Of a stretch of 64,000 nt of DNA, positions 29,101 to 36,445 are shown piece by piece. A model generated the notes under the pieces. That model made no database searches, was not told where the DNA came from, and was given only the letters and a program-made list of their open reading frames with translations. Within the stretch, counting starts at the first letter, position 1; each line of letters begins with the position of its first letter. A program made the position numbers and the translations under genes. Source of the stretch: an uncultured Flavobacteriales bacterium. GTDB lineage: Bacteria; Bacteroidota; Bacteroidia; Flavobacteriales_D; Sanyastnellaceae. Where the stretch lies: assembly GCA_965661575.1 (NCBI GenBank), contig CBFIEJ010000003.1, positions 7,492-71,491 of the forward strand. The letters are read 5' to 3'.

Positions 29101-29225
29101 GACTTGACCCTGAAGTGGTGCGTGATTTCGAAAACGCACAAGACCGCAATATGAGTCCGAACGTGACCTACCTGACACCACCACAAGAGCGGGCTTTCAC
29201 TCTGTCGGTTTCCACCAACTTCTAA
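26124..29225 (+). CDS. susC: SusC/RagA-family TonB-dependent outer-membrane transporter
   Basis: Signal peptide, carboxypeptidase-regulatory-like N-domain (GTVLDSNGAPLPGASVV) and plug (VVVVGYGVQRKKEVTGS). 1033 aa, followed directly by SusD. Confidence 0.92.
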   Translation: MLRLSLALCLIALVSNGLDAQNLAGTVLDSNGAPLPGASVVADGVNGEFTDGEGRYSLTLAPGPHQIVCSYIGYVAQKKAIDINNQAVELNFTLADDAVLIEDVVVVGYGVQRKKEVTGSIVKVDAKQITGVQTPSFEAALQGQAAGVQVSQSSGIAGAPSLIRVRGVASVSAAGDPLYVVDGIPITQEYFLRGNSGALNNNPLAAINPNDIESVEILKDAAATGIYGSRGANGVILITTKRGQKGTSFEFSTRTGVGTPATRPNMMDTDTYLALRQEAWENDGGTGYVWLPNLTSASDDANTRREAYQRALLTNTDWVDETIGVGVKNAVNFGVRHGADRYNVYAGISKDNNESYLRGNSYDRTSARVNFDWTPTPKTKVILSSSISRGENNRIDAAWSGGLGDAMANALPYYPVQYDDDEFDANGNLLHEAGEYFLWFDEWGGTKNPVAVRELKKWKTTEDRSISNAQLIYSPVKNLNLKASGGFDYLHLKEDIFNPGALSINTDLGSASRYANFVLNWNYSATADYRLELDDKQALNFLIGSEFQRTDNYGYGLFYGQVEGPIFESDSLAQDADSVNTRRNTPSQHSFLSYFGRINYSLKDRYFFQVTARVDGSSRFGRDNRYGFFPSLSAGWVVSDEDWFQSQAISFLKVRSSMGLTGNAALPDYARFGTYSAADNGTTYAGDSILYPLQPENPTLRWETSRTVDASIEMGLWSDRLTFELAGYHKYSTDVLMNVSTPASTGFTNFWDNVGTILNRGVELSIKSRNTVGTVQWTTDLNVARNYNELVNIGDYTPDAVSGGTNDSRVIVGRPVGSFYLVEHSHVDPESGLPVYIDLEGNETYDYNNNIRKYVGDGLPEFIGGFNNTVKYKNWDLSALATFSVGAKIFDSSAKRQLGVVSGWNMRTEKLDRWRQPGDEATYPRLTLDETTYSLPSGFPWWNTSLFIYDASYLRLRNLTIGYNIPLDAASTLRNCRVSINATNLFTLTNFPGLDPEVVRDFENAQDRNMSPNVTYLTPPQERAFTLSVSTNF

Positions 29226-29234
29226 CATGCCATC

Positions 29235-30599
29235 ATGAACATCAAAATCACTTTCATTGCTCTTGGATTGGTGCTGGGGTTGGCATCGTGTGACCGCTTG
29301 CTTGAATTCGAACCCGGTGATGTCATCCTAGCGGAAGATGCGATTCAAAGTCCGGAGGATCTCCAGCGGCTTCTGGTGAGCAATTACGACATATTGGCCA
29401 ATCTCTACGGAGGACGTGTTCAAATCGTAAACGAATTGCGAGGACCGAATTTCGGCACGCCGGACAACAGCCTAGACTTTACCGCAGTTTACAATCGGGA
29501 AACCACTTTTTTTACCGGGATCAACGGGGGCATCTACACAGATTTTTACTATGCCATCTACCGGTCCAATGTCGTCATTGATAATTTTGAACTTGTCTCA
29601 GAGTTAACAGAAAACGATCGCACGCGACTCGAAGCCGAAGCTCGATTTATTCGCGCGATCTGCCACTGGGGTGCAGTCAAAATGTATGCAAAGCCCTACG
29701 GCTATTCTCCAAACAATGACCATCCCGGTGTTCCACTGCGAACCGCTCCAAGCCAAGATCCACTTCCTCGCGCCAGTGTTGGAGAGGTCTACGCCCAAGT
29801 CCTTCTTGATCTCGAATACGCAGCGACCAATCTTCCAGAAACGAATGGCCCATATGCCACACGACATGCGGCACTTGCCTACCTGGCACAGGTTCATTTC
29901 ATCATGGGTGATTTTCAAGATGCTGCTGATTATGCTGCCGAAGTCATCAATTCTGGGGCCTTTACCCTGGACGAAGACCTGGACCGTTTTGAAACCGACA
30001 TCATCAATCCCGAGACCATTTTTGGCATCATTAGTCAACCCAATGATTTTCGAAGTTCCTGGTTCCGGGACAACTTGCGTTCCGACAACACGAGCAATCC
30101 ACAACTGGCCTTCAGCGAGGACTTCGCTTTTTTCATGAGCTTGTCTGGCGCGGCTGACGGTCGATCTGCCTGGTACACAGACGGTTCTCGTGCATTGATC
30201 AATCGTTTCAATGAAAAAGAATACTTCAACATTCCATTGACGCATTTAACGTTGATGCATTTGATTCGTGCCGAAAGCCTCGGCGAATTGAATCAGAACC
30301 TGAACGTGGCCCTTGCTGACATCAATTCGATCCGAGCAAGAGCCTATGGAGCAGGAAACAATGAACTGTCCGCTGAGGCGACCAGCGATGAAATCATCGA
30401 AGCCGCACGCGACGAGTACCGCAAAGAGACCGCGTGCGAGGGCATGTGGGTCGACCAATTGCTTAGAAGAGGAGCTTCGGGAGAAGCCATAGTGATACGA
30501 GGTGCACCATGGGACTGCCCGGGAATGTTCTTGCAATTTTCCAACAGCGAGACAACCGTCCAAGGTTTTGAACTGAATGAAGAAGGCGGTTGTCTTTAA
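29235..30599 (+). CDS. susD: SusD/RagB-family nutrient-binding lipoprotein
   Basis: Lipobox LGLASC, size, position 9 nt after SusC, and TPR-like helical composition. Confidence 0.8.
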   Translation: MNIKITFIALGLVLGLASCDRLLEFEPGDVILAEDAIQSPEDLQRLLVSNYDILANLYGGRVQIVNELRGPNFGTPDNSLDFTAVYNRETTFFTGINGGIYTDFYYAIYRSNVVIDNFELVSELTENDRTRLEAEARFIRAICHWGAVKMYAKPYGYSPNNDHPGVPLRTAPSQDPLPRASVGEVYAQVLLDLEYAATNLPETNGPYATRHAALAYLAQVHFIMGDFQDAADYAAEVINSGAFTLDEDLDRFETDIINPETIFGIISQPNDFRSSWFRDNLRSDNTSNPQLAFSEDFAFFMSLSGAADGRSAWYTDGSRALINRFNEKEYFNIPLTHLTLMHLIRAESLGELNQNLNVALADINSIRARAYGAGNNELSAEATSDEIIEAARDEYRKETACEGMWVDQLLRRGASGEAIVIRGAPWDCPGMFLQFSNSETTVQGFELNEEGGCL

Positions 30600-30609
30600 A
30601 ACTGGCGAT

Positions 30610-31113
30610 ATGAAAAAAATGAATCAGCTACGAAATATCATCGCTCTGCTTATCTTGGGAACGGGCGTCTTGTTTTTGAACAGTTGCAAGCCTGAGACGG
30701 AAGGAAATGTGGGCGATCCGTTTGACAAGGTCCAAGGAATGATTGGGACTTGGGAATTGAGTCAATTCACTCAACAAGATCTAAACAGTCCGGTCAAAGA
30801 GGTGCGCAATCTGAGCTCCTTTTTCATCGACGGGATTTCCACTCCCATTCAACTCACCTTCAACCAAGACCGATCATACGCCGTGGCGATCGAAATGGGA
30901 AAGAATTACTTCGGGGAAGGCGGTACTTGGGGATTTGATGACGACCTCTACCCCACTTTTCTTGAACTGTACACATCAACAGACACGCTGTCCTACAATC
31001 TAGGCGGCATGGTCCGTGAATTTGATCAAGACATGCGCATCGAATACCGACGTGAATGCGGAACGTCTGCGACCAACATTTACACTTTTGAATTCAATCG
31101 AATCAACGGATGA
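30610..31113 (+). CDS. small lipoprotein (lipocalin-like, PUL accessory surface protein candidate)
   Basis: MKKMNQLRNIIALLILGTGVLFLNSC lipobox, with a beta-rich remainder. Position after SusD. Function is not recognisable. Confidence 0.4.
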   Translation: MKKMNQLRNIIALLILGTGVLFLNSCKPETEGNVGDPFDKVQGMIGTWELSQFTQQDLNSPVKEVRNLSSFFIDGISTPIQLTFNQDRSYAVAIEMGKNYFGEGGTWGFDDDLYPTFLELYTSTDTLSYNLGGMVREFDQDMRIEYRRECGTSATNIYTFEFNRING

Positions 31114-31973
31114 AGCAAATCAAAACAAGAGCGCTCTGCGCCATCATTGCAGCAGCAGCCTGCACCCAATTGGCATCTGCGCAGAAAGTATATGTATTGC
31201 CCTCGCCTACAGATGCAAACTCTGAAATGACGTTGTTCATCGATATGAATCAGAGCGAGGACGGCATTCAAAACAATGGGCTCTCAGGCATTCTCGACGC
31301 GCATCCCGATACCACGCTTTATCTATGGACTTGGGATCCAGCTGGCCCTGCTGCTGGCAATGGAGATTGGGACAATTCCGCCGATCACCAGCAACTCACC
31401 AAGGTCGGCCCCAAATTGTATTCCATGACGTTCATTCCCACAGAATATTATGGCGTCGATGGTCCACAGCTATTCGCCCGAGGCATCTCGTGTCTGGCGA
31501 AATTAAAAAACGGCGGTGAAGCAGAAGGCTTTCCATTTGAAGCGAAATCAGAAGACTTACACGTAGATATAATCCCAAAATTATGCGATGCACGTCTCTG
31601 TATCTTTCCAGAACTCCGGGAGCCAGATGATTATGTCACCATCACTTATGACAACGATAAAGAAACAGTTTACGAGGGCCTACAAAACATGGGGGAAGAC
31701 GAATGTTACATCTATGTGCTCGGAAAGGTTGATGCATTCACCAGTTACGAGTTGGCTGCAGAGGCTGATGTTTTCTCCTATCCAGAATTAAAACTCACAT
31801 CAATGGGAGAAGGCAAATTTAGGAGCACGCTCATTCCTGAGGATGTTTTTGCTCCCATTCTTGGCGAAGGTGAGTCACTGAGTGAAATCTGGTTTTACAT
31901 CGTCAGGGATGGATTCAGCTACCCTCCTGGTCCCCCTCCGTTTGAAATCATCTCTCTCCTAGATTGCGATTGA
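31110..31973 (+). CDS. secreted hypothetical protein, possible surface glycan-binding protein
   Basis: Signal peptide ...QLASAQ. The N-terminal ~120 aa resemble by eye the N-terminal module of the amylase at 23205. Overlaps the upstream stop by 4 nt. Confidence 0.35.
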   Translation: MKQIKTRALCAIIAAAACTQLASAQKVYVLPSPTDANSEMTLFIDMNQSEDGIQNNGLSGILDAHPDTTLYLWTWDPAGPAAGNGDWDNSADHQQLTKVGPKLYSMTFIPTEYYGVDGPQLFARGISCLAKLKNGGEAEGFPFEAKSEDLHVDIIPKLCDARLCIFPELREPDDYVTITYDNDKETVYEGLQNMGEDECYIYVLGKVDAFTSYELAAEADVFSYPELKLTSMGEGKFRSTLIPEDVFAPILGEGESLSEIWFYIVRDGFSYPPGPPPFEIISLLDCD

Positions 31974-31975
31974 TT

Positions 31976-34378
31976 ATGCTCTTCATGCACTCAACCACAA
32001 TGACTACCTCTTCACATTCCAAAGGCCATGCATTCGCGTGGCTTTTTTCTGTTTTGTTAATGGCTTCACTCGTCGCATGTGATTCTCATTTCAATTCCCT
32101 TGAATCTCCTGCTGAGTCACTGATCATGCCCATTCAACTCGAGGCGGATAGCACTTGGATTATTTTGAACGATTACGCCTCATGGGTTGAAACGGTGGAT
32201 TCTGTTCTGTGGGAAGATGGTTCCGTCCTTGAAACCGCTGCTCACCCCGTTTCCGGATTGCCCGCAATTCCCATCACGCAGCAACCGAAACATGCTCTTG
32301 GGCACATCCAATTGTGTTCAGCGGATGGATCAATCCACATCCCTCTCGTGAAAACCTCGAAGCGCAGCATTCGGGTAAGTCTTGCTGTTACGCAAGAAAT
32401 ATCAGAGGCCAGCCTGATGGGAAGCTTCACAAACTGGCAATCGAGCCCCATCCCAATGATCCGTGAAGAGGACAGTCTTCATGCCGAACTAACCTTGAAT
32501 CAGGGCCGTCACTTGTACCAATTCATCGCCAACGATAGTGAATTTCCGGATCCTTCAAACCCCCATAAAATCGCCAACGGATTTGGCGGATTCAACTCCA
32601 TTCTGGAGGTAGGCATCCCGACCGCTTCAGTTCCACTCTCTGCTTCCTTTGACGGTCAATTCAACTGTTCCACAAATCCAAAATCCGCATTCTTTGTTTA
32701 CCACAACAACGCTGTCATCCAAAAAGGGTACGCAAATGAATTAGGGGGTTTCAGCTTCCAAATACCCTCAGAAGCGTCAAGTGTCTCACGCACACACCTT
32801 CGTATATGGGTGGCCAATGAAAACGACTTCAGTCAAAATGCTTTGATCCCTCTCCAATATGGGATTCCCATTCAAGAGACGCAAAAACTCAATCGGCACG
32901 ATCGGCAATCCATGGTGATGTATTTCATGATGCTCGATCGGTTCAAAAATGGAGACACCCTGAATGATTGGAAGTCGGATGACCCGGGTGTTCACCCCAA
33001 TGCCAATCACAAAGGGGGGGATTTGAAAGGACTCCAACAAGCCATTCCTTACCTCGATTCATTGGGCATCAACACCCTATGGATATCGCCGATCACACCA
33101 AATCCAGATGAAGCTTGGGGGTTTTGGTCAGATCCATCCACAGCGACCACGAGTAAGTTCAGTGGCTACCATGGTTATTGGCCCATTGCATCCAGTGGTG
33201 TTGACCGCAGATTCGGGGACATGAAAGTTTTTAACGACATGGTCGATGACATGCACCAGCAAGGCATGAATGTGCTCATCGATTACGTCGCCAATCATGT
33301 TCATCAAGATCATCCGGTCTATCAAAATCATCCCGATTGGGTCACCAATTTGTACCTGCCAGACGGTAGCTTGAACACTCAACTTTGGGATGACCAAAGG
33401 CTGACCACATGGTTCGACACCTTCATGCCCACGTTGGACTTGGAACGCCCAGAAGTTTACGAGACCATGACAGACAGCGCGTTGTGGTGGGTGAAAAACA
33501 CCCAAATTGACGGCTTTCGACATGACGCGACCAAACACATTCCAGAAGTGTTTTGGCGGCGCCTAACCGAAAAGATACGCTCAGAAACCATCTCTGCGAA
33601 TCGCAATCTTTTTCAAATTGGAGAAACGTATGGTCCACCACCCTTGATCAAAAAATACGTGTCCAACGGAATGCTCGATGCACAGTTTGACTTCAATCTT
33701 TACGACGCCTGTGTGTCAGCCTTCACTTCCGAAGAGCCCGATCTCGCCAGTTTAATTTCAATTTCGGAACAAAGCCTCAAGGCCTATGGACCGCATCATC
33801 TCATGGGAAATATCACAGGCAATCAAGATCGTCCAAGATTCACCTCATTGGCAGATGGCTCTCTTCTTCCTGGTGAAGACACAAAATTAGCCGGATGGAC
33901 AAGGCACATACAGCACAATGGAGAGCGAGGCTACACACGCATGCATTGGCTCATGGCGTGTTTGATGAGTCAACCTGGAATACCGTGCATTTATTACGGA
34001 GATGAAATTGCTGATGTCGGAGGAAATGACCCTGACAACCGCAGAATGATGCGGTTCTCCGGGTGGAACGACTCTGAACAAGAAACATGGAACATGACAA
34101 GAGATTGGATCACGTTGCGGAAGTCACGAATGAGCCTCTTGTACGGTCAGTGCTCGTACTCCACGCAAGATTCAGCACCAGGCGTTCTCGCCATTGAACG
34201 AACCTACCTCGAGGAGAAAACACTCACCCTCATCAATACCGCATCGACAGAGGCTCATTTTCCGCTTTCAAGTAAAAGTCATTCTACCGTTCTAACTGGC
34301 AACGCCACAGTGCACGGAAATGTCGTCGTACTTCCTCCATCTGCATGTGTGGCCTTGGATGTCACTCCACTGCTTTGA
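31976..34378 (+). CDS. GH13 alpha-amylase-family lipoprotein (neopullulanase/cyclomaltodextrinase-like)
   Basis: Lipobox LVAC. GH13 regions I DYVANHV, II GFRHDATKH, III FQIGETYG, IV GNQDRPRF, plus an MPTLDLE motif. The start could also be 31964, 31985 or 31997. Confidence 0.84.
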   Translation: MLFMHSTTMTTSSHSKGHAFAWLFSVLLMASLVACDSHFNSLESPAESLIMPIQLEADSTWIILNDYASWVETVDSVLWEDGSVLETAAHPVSGLPAIPITQQPKHALGHIQLCSADGSIHIPLVKTSKRSIRVSLAVTQEISEASLMGSFTNWQSSPIPMIREEDSLHAELTLNQGRHLYQFIANDSEFPDPSNPHKIANGFGGFNSILEVGIPTASVPLSASFDGQFNCSTNPKSAFFVYHNNAVIQKGYANELGGFSFQIPSEASSVSRTHLRIWVANENDFSQNALIPLQYGIPIQETQKLNRHDRQSMVMYFMMLDRFKNGDTLNDWKSDDPGVHPNANHKGGDLKGLQQAIPYLDSLGINTLWISPITPNPDEAWGFWSDPSTATTSKFSGYHGYWPIASSGVDRRFGDMKVFNDMVDDMHQQGMNVLIDYVANHVHQDHPVYQNHPDWVTNLYLPDGSLNTQLWDDQRLTTWFDTFMPTLDLERPEVYETMTDSALWWVKNTQIDGFRHDATKHIPEVFWRRLTEKIRSETISANRNLFQIGETYGPPPLIKKYVSNGMLDAQFDFNLYDACVSAFTSEEPDLASLISISEQSLKAYGPHHLMGNITGNQDRPRFTSLADGSLLPGEDTKLAGWTRHIQHNGERGYTRMHWLMACLMSQPGIPCIYYGDEIADVGGNDPDNRRMMRFSGWNDSEQETWNMTRDWITLRKSRMSLLYGQCSYSTQDSAPGVLAIERTYLEEKTLTLINTASTEAHFPLSSKSHSTVLTGNATVHGNVVVLPPSACVALDVTPLL

Positions 34379-34388
34379 GGCAGCTGCT

Positions 34389-34955
34389 TCAATTCTCCAA
34401 TTCATCGAGAACATACCGCCACCGAAATTGCCATTCGCCGTCGCCCTTATTGACACTCTTGTCCCATCTCAATTGACCGGGAAGTCGCTCCAACCTCCAA
34501 CGCTCAATCACGGCCGCCTCTGAATCGGATGAACCACGGGTCAAGGTGGTCATTAGTCCGGAAGAAGACACAAACCAAGTCGATGTGCTCGCCTGCCGCT
34601 CAGACAAGGATGTAATCTCCACCATGGCCGCATCGTCATTCCACGACCACATTTGAGCTGACTTTTCAATTTGCCCTTCCTGTTCTGTCGATACTTGGAG
34701 AACAAACCCATCCTCCTTTCCATTGCGCAAACCATCCAAGCGAGCATCTAGCGTGAGCACGTCGTCGCTGTCATCCAAATCCATTTCAAATCGTCCCACG
34801 TAGCTTCCTTCCAACGCAAACATCCAGTCCGGCGTTTGTTGTGCATTGAGTCGCCCATAAAAGGAAGAAAAGACACAAGCAGAGCAAATAACAACCACGC
34901 GCAAAATGACACGCAAGGACCGGAAGACGGAATCGGAAGGAACATTGTTTGACAT
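34389..34955 (-). CDS. secreted hypothetical protein
   Basis: Signal-peptide-like N-terminus (...FYGRLNAQ) and coding-like composition. No family recognised. Confidence 0.4.
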   Translation of the reverse strand: MSNNVPSDSVFRSLRVILRVVVICSACVFSSFYGRLNAQQTPDWMFALEGSYVGRFEMDLDDSDDVLTLDARLDGLRNGKEDGFVLQVSTEQEGQIEKSAQMWSWNDDAAMVEITSLSERQASTSTWFVSSSGLMTTLTRGSSDSEAAVIERWRLERLPGQLRWDKSVNKGDGEWQFRWRYVLDELEN

Positions 34956-34984
34956 AAGGCAAATTACAGCCGTAAATTCAGCGC

Positions 34985-36388
34985 ATGAAACGCATCACTT
35001 CTCTTCTTTTCGCTTGCCTCCTGTTCACAATTGGGACCTTCGCTCAAACCACTTGGGAAGTTGGAAACACCACGCTCACGGAATACAATCTCGTCACTGG
35101 TGTACAACTCCCTTGGGAAATCCTTTGGGGGCCTGATGACTACATCTGGATGACTTCAAGAAAAGGCGAGGTCATGCGGATTGATCCAGAAACGGGCAAT
35201 TACAACGTTGTTCTTGAACGAAACGTCATCAGCAACGGCAGCGGTGAGCCCGGAATGCTGGGCATGGCCATGCACCCTGATTGGGAAAACACGCCCAAGG
35301 TGTTTGTGGTTTACTGCACGGGAAGTGCCTTCAATGGGGACGAACACTTGAGTGTTTTTGATTGGGACGGCACAGCCTTGGTCAATGAAGAAATCCTGTT
35401 GACCATCCAAGCGGGCGGTATCCACAATGGAAGTCGCTTGCTCGTTCTACCCGACAACACCCTTCTGATGACCGCCGGAGACATTGGCTCTTCTTCTCTC
35501 GCACAACTAGAAGGCTCACTCCAAGGGAAGACATTGCGACTGAACCTCGATGGCAGTGTTCCAGAAGACAATCCCATCGATGGCTCTTATGTCTACACCA
35601 TTGGAAATCGCAACAGTCAGGGTCTTGCTCTTGGAGCCAATGGCATCATTTACAGTTCTGAGCATGGGCAAAACTCCAACGACGAGTTGAACATTGTCAC
35701 AGCAGGCGGGAATTACGGATGGCCAGAGGTTGAAGGTTTTTGCAACACCATCGGAGAGCAAGCGTTTTGCGCTGAAAATGACGTGATTGAACCCCTTGAA
35801 GCATGGACCCCATGCATTGCCGTAAATGGCATCGAGTATTACAACCACGAAGCCATTCCCGAATGGCAAAACTCAATTTTGATGGCTGTGCTCGGAGGAT
35901 TAGGAGGTCAGTATGAACGGTTAAGCGTTATGCATCTTGCAGAAGATGGATTGAGTGTCACAGGCGAAGAGCAATTCTTTTCTAGCTTCAATCAACGTGT
36001 TCGAGATGTTGCTGTAAACCCTTACACTGGATCAGTGTATGTAGCGTTCAATGGCACTTCGTACCCTGGAAGTGGTCCGAACATCATCAAAGAGTTTCGG
36101 AATGAAGCATTCGCCTCGTCCTTGGACGATGCAATGCAACTCGGAGCAACCCTCAATGCCTTTCCAAATCCAGCAAATGACGAAATCCAACTGGATTGGG
36201 GTATGCCATTGTCCGCAGGTGCCTACGAGGTCTACGCTTACAATGGGCAATTGATTGAAAGTGGACAACTCTTTGAAAGCTCGACATTCCTGAAACTACA
36301 AACGGCCAGCTGGAACGCTGGTTCGTACTTCATTCGGGCAATACACTCCCAGGGAACAGTGACTGCAACCTTCCAAGTCGCCCACTAA
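34985..36388 (+). CDS. PQQ-dependent sugar (glucose/sorbosone) dehydrogenase-like beta-propeller with T9SS C-terminal sorting domain
   Basis: Soluble GDH-like pattern (LPWEILWGPDDYIWMTSR, GEPGMLGMAMHPDW, HNGSRL, GNRNSQGLA, GGNYGWPEVEG). C-terminus LNAFPNPANDEIQLDW...GSYFIRA. Confidence 0.72.
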   Translation: MKRITSLLFACLLFTIGTFAQTTWEVGNTTLTEYNLVTGVQLPWEILWGPDDYIWMTSRKGEVMRIDPETGNYNVVLERNVISNGSGEPGMLGMAMHPDWENTPKVFVVYCTGSAFNGDEHLSVFDWDGTALVNEEILLTIQAGGIHNGSRLLVLPDNTLLMTAGDIGSSSLAQLEGSLQGKTLRLNLDGSVPEDNPIDGSYVYTIGNRNSQGLALGANGIIYSSEHGQNSNDELNIVTAGGNYGWPEVEGFCNTIGEQAFCAENDVIEPLEAWTPCIAVNGIEYYNHEAIPEWQNSILMAVLGGLGGQYERLSVMHLAEDGLSVTGEEQFFSSFNQRVRDVAVNPYTGSVYVAFNGTSYPGSGPNIIKEFRNEAFASSLDDAMQLGATLNAFPNPANDEIQLDWGMPLSAGAYEVYAYNGQLIESGQLFESSTFLKLQTASWNAGSYFIRAIHSQGTVTATFQVAH

Positions 36389-36445
36389 ACCCATCGCTTT
36401 CAACCGCGTTCTTCAGACGCGTGCCATCCAGACCGATTCCAAGCC

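Noticed and set aside
29604-30245. 213-aa minus-strand ORF
   Set aside because: It is antisense to the SusD gene. No motifs.
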